Source: Ramazzottius varieornatus
Lineage: Eukaryota; Animalia; Tardigrada
DNA length: 64,000 nucleotides
Assembly: GCA_001949185.1 (NCBI GenBank)
Contig: BDGG01000002.1
Location: 2,601,826-2,665,825 of the forward strand
Direction: 5' to 3'
The notes beneath the pieces were generated by a model, which saw only the letters and a program-made list of their open reading frames with translations, was not told the origin of the DNA and ran no database searches. Below, in pieces: positions 61,252 to 64,000 of this stretch. Position numbers and translations under genes: made by a program. How positions within the stretch are numbered: the stretch's first letter is position 1; each line of letters starts with the position of its first letter.

Positions 61252-64000
61252 TTCGGAAATATGGTGGTCAAGATGGAAAATTCAGTGCTCGTGCTCGTAA
61301 GGATTCTATGACATGTGCCACTAGACGACGACGGGAGATTCGAAAAACTAATTTATACGTCGAACGGAACAGGACGCGGAGACATGCAAAATTATTTGAA
61401 TCACGCGTACCGCAAGCACGTAATAAGACCTAATGTATTGCAGTTATTTCGAAAGCTAAGCAGAAGCAAAGGGAACGTGCGGAAATTGTTTACGGGTGGT
61501 CGTGAAATATCTTAAAACGAAGAAGCCAGTGCTTCATTCTGAGGGACTCGCAAACATCCTGTAGTGAGTAAATGCTATTAACTCTCTTCGTGTTCCTGAC
61601 ACACCACCCGCATATCCCCTGCCAAGTACCGGGAAGACATTTTGCTGCCACTTGGGACTCTTGACCGCAGGGACTTTATCGAATAGAACTTAGAGACGCC
61701 ACCTTCTTACCCACAATTGGCGCCTCGCATGGACCTGATGTAACATTTAGGCTGGCTTGTTTATTCGCAGTGGCTTGTCAAATACAGTGCGTTTCAGCAA
61801 CTTGTGCCAACTTTTTGGGGGAAAAGTTATTTGCCTTCCAGAGTGTTTCCCTACGAAGGCCGCGCTTCTGTGTGGTAGGCCTGATCTTCTTCTACTGAAA
61901 CGGTTGACACACGATTGAGATGCGCATTGCCCTCTTGAAACTGTTGCCGGAGACCCGGTGGCCGGAAACGGAAAGTGGGGCAAACACTGATTTTCTCCTG
62001 CTATTTTTGAAAACGGCATAAATTTCTCAAACAAACTTTAGCGATTTCGGATGCGGCTAAACTACTGCGACCCTAAATTTACAGTCAGTTACGAAGCCGC
62101 GAACGGTTTCGTACTGTTGTCGGCTGTAACTCATCAGTTTAGTCGATCGACATACCGCATCGTGTGCTATGATAGCGTCCAGCGTTTTATAACTGACCGA
62201 AAATTTATGGTCGCAGAAGTCTGACCGTATCCGGCATTGTTGCAAACAGTGGTTTCCATTAATTTTAGCAAAGTGCTGGCGTAGAATCAGACAGAATCGA
62301 ATGAGCCCGAGAACGTTCAACAAGGAGTAGGTTGGATTTTTCCATCTCAAAGTTTCTCGAAAAAAGTTGCAAACTGCTTGGATCAATAGCCGCACTTGAT
62401 CAATCTCCTTCCTACTCAGAACAGTGCCTCGGAATGGATTGCTGTTAGGACTTACGTGTAGTACGCGGAGCAAGGGCTATCCTCTTTGTACGAAAAGTTG
62501 CGGAAAACGACCACATGATGATTATCCGTAAGGGGTTAAGAAAACCGTTGACGTACTGTAGTTTGCTGTAACACACTGTAGTTGGCTGGTTGAGGATCCG
62601 TTAACACCTTGAATACCAAGCTTTTTGTGTCGGCAGATCACCAGCGTACTCACTGTGAGCACAGAACTTTAGCTGGAGGAAACTGGAAGGCGTAACCCAA
62701 ATTAACCAATAAACAACTTTCAGAATCTCGAAATTGTGAAGATTGGCAGGCCGTAAAGGCCAACGTGGGAAAAGTAGCCCTGGCCGTTTTGATTTGTTTC
62801 TGGACGCACCGATGACACCAAGTTTGTCCCAAGCCTAGTATCGGTAGAGGAAGCTCTCCTTAGTGTTTCATATTTTTTTCTAAACAGATGGTAGCTATGT
62901 ATCTCGAGCAAAGACAGGAAACCTAAAAAACTCCCGAAGCTGCCCGAAATCGTAGGGATTTTTCCAGCCTGCGGAAGTTATACTGACCAGTGGTCATCAA
63001 CTGCGTTTTGGTGATAAGACCGCAGACCAGGCAATGAAAAAAAGTTTGATTCAAACCGGGCAAAATGGAAATTATGGGGAGCGAAAAAGTGCCGTACAGC
63101 TTGGACTACTAGACAGCATTAACACCCTGATTACCACCGTACTCATTGTGTGTACTTAACCCGGTTAGATTATTGTCGTAAGTTTTGTCACTAGACCTCA
63201 ATTTCATAACAAATTAAAGCGCTACAAAAACTGCGTCGCGCGAGGGAGTGAAAGCTTGTGAGGTTTTGTGGAATCAGACAATTAAAACGTCGTTCAATAA
63301 AACAACGCTGGAAAAAAATAACGGGCATGTACTGTAGCTCCGACCGCAAGCACTTCTGATGTCACCGCCAATGTGCAGCTAGAATATTGTCGTTTAATTG
63401 GTTGGGTAACATACACTGTGCTTTACTGGCCGCACCATAATAGACTGTGTACGGCGGAGGTGACCATAGCCTCTGACCGAGACCAAGACACAAAACCAAG
63501 GCATTGTCTTGGACATCGTCGTGTCCAGGGTGTACGGCAACAGCGCGATAAGGCCAAAGCACTAGAATTCGCTCCGTTGCCGGATATTGGTATATCACCA
63601 ATTCTAAGTCTTATGCTTACAATGATTATACTCAGCATCCTGGCGTTTTGTTTCACACTTGCTTCGTATCAAAATGTAGACAATTGATTTCTCTATCGTT
63701 TAGTACCCAGCAGGTCACGAGAAAACGTTTCTGCAGGATCCAAAGGTAAATACGGCTAAAGGGGGTGGAAAGCATCCGCTGAGTGACGTCACTCACTGAA
63801 GCGGCATAGTCTCGGCTGCGGAACGAGAAAATGCCGATTTTCTCAAGATTTCACCCCTTGTTGCCGTATTTAACTCCGGATGATACAGATGAGTTTTTCC
63901 ATTATCTGCTAGGTGTCAAATGATAGAGAGATTGATTCCCTACATCTTGATGCCAAGCAGGTACAAAACATAACGCCAGGAAGCTAAGGACGACCATCCG

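Noticed and set aside
61700-64000. ORFs 62057-62473 and 63373-63687
   Set aside because: No recognisable domains or termini; a gene or transposon call cannot be supported.

Overview
Eukaryotic (animal) genomic DNA with short GT-AG introns and two N-gaps; no rRNA, tRNA or CRISPR array was recognised. A decayed copy of a tardigrade SAHS (secretory-abundant heat-soluble) gene points to a eutardigrade, probably Ramazzottius-like. That match is made from recall of RvSAHS4, not from a database search. Bases 1-21 kb are a compact block: gustatory receptor, PM20D2-like amidohydrolase with an in-frame stop, GTF3C3, YKT6, uridine-cytidine kinase, CHMP3, Janus/PHPT1 and STT3B. Bases 21-44 kb are rich in transposon derivatives and hold the SAHS pseudogene, a clip-domain serine protease, an FMO, a divergent r-type opsin with a fold-back element just past its stop codon, and a GPCR pseudogene. 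Bases 44-64 kb hold MARS2, malectin, a Ly6/quiver-type gene, an equistatin-like protein with three thyroglobulin type-1 domains, a GT11 fucosyltransferase and an orphan GPCR. Exon boundaries were read by eye.
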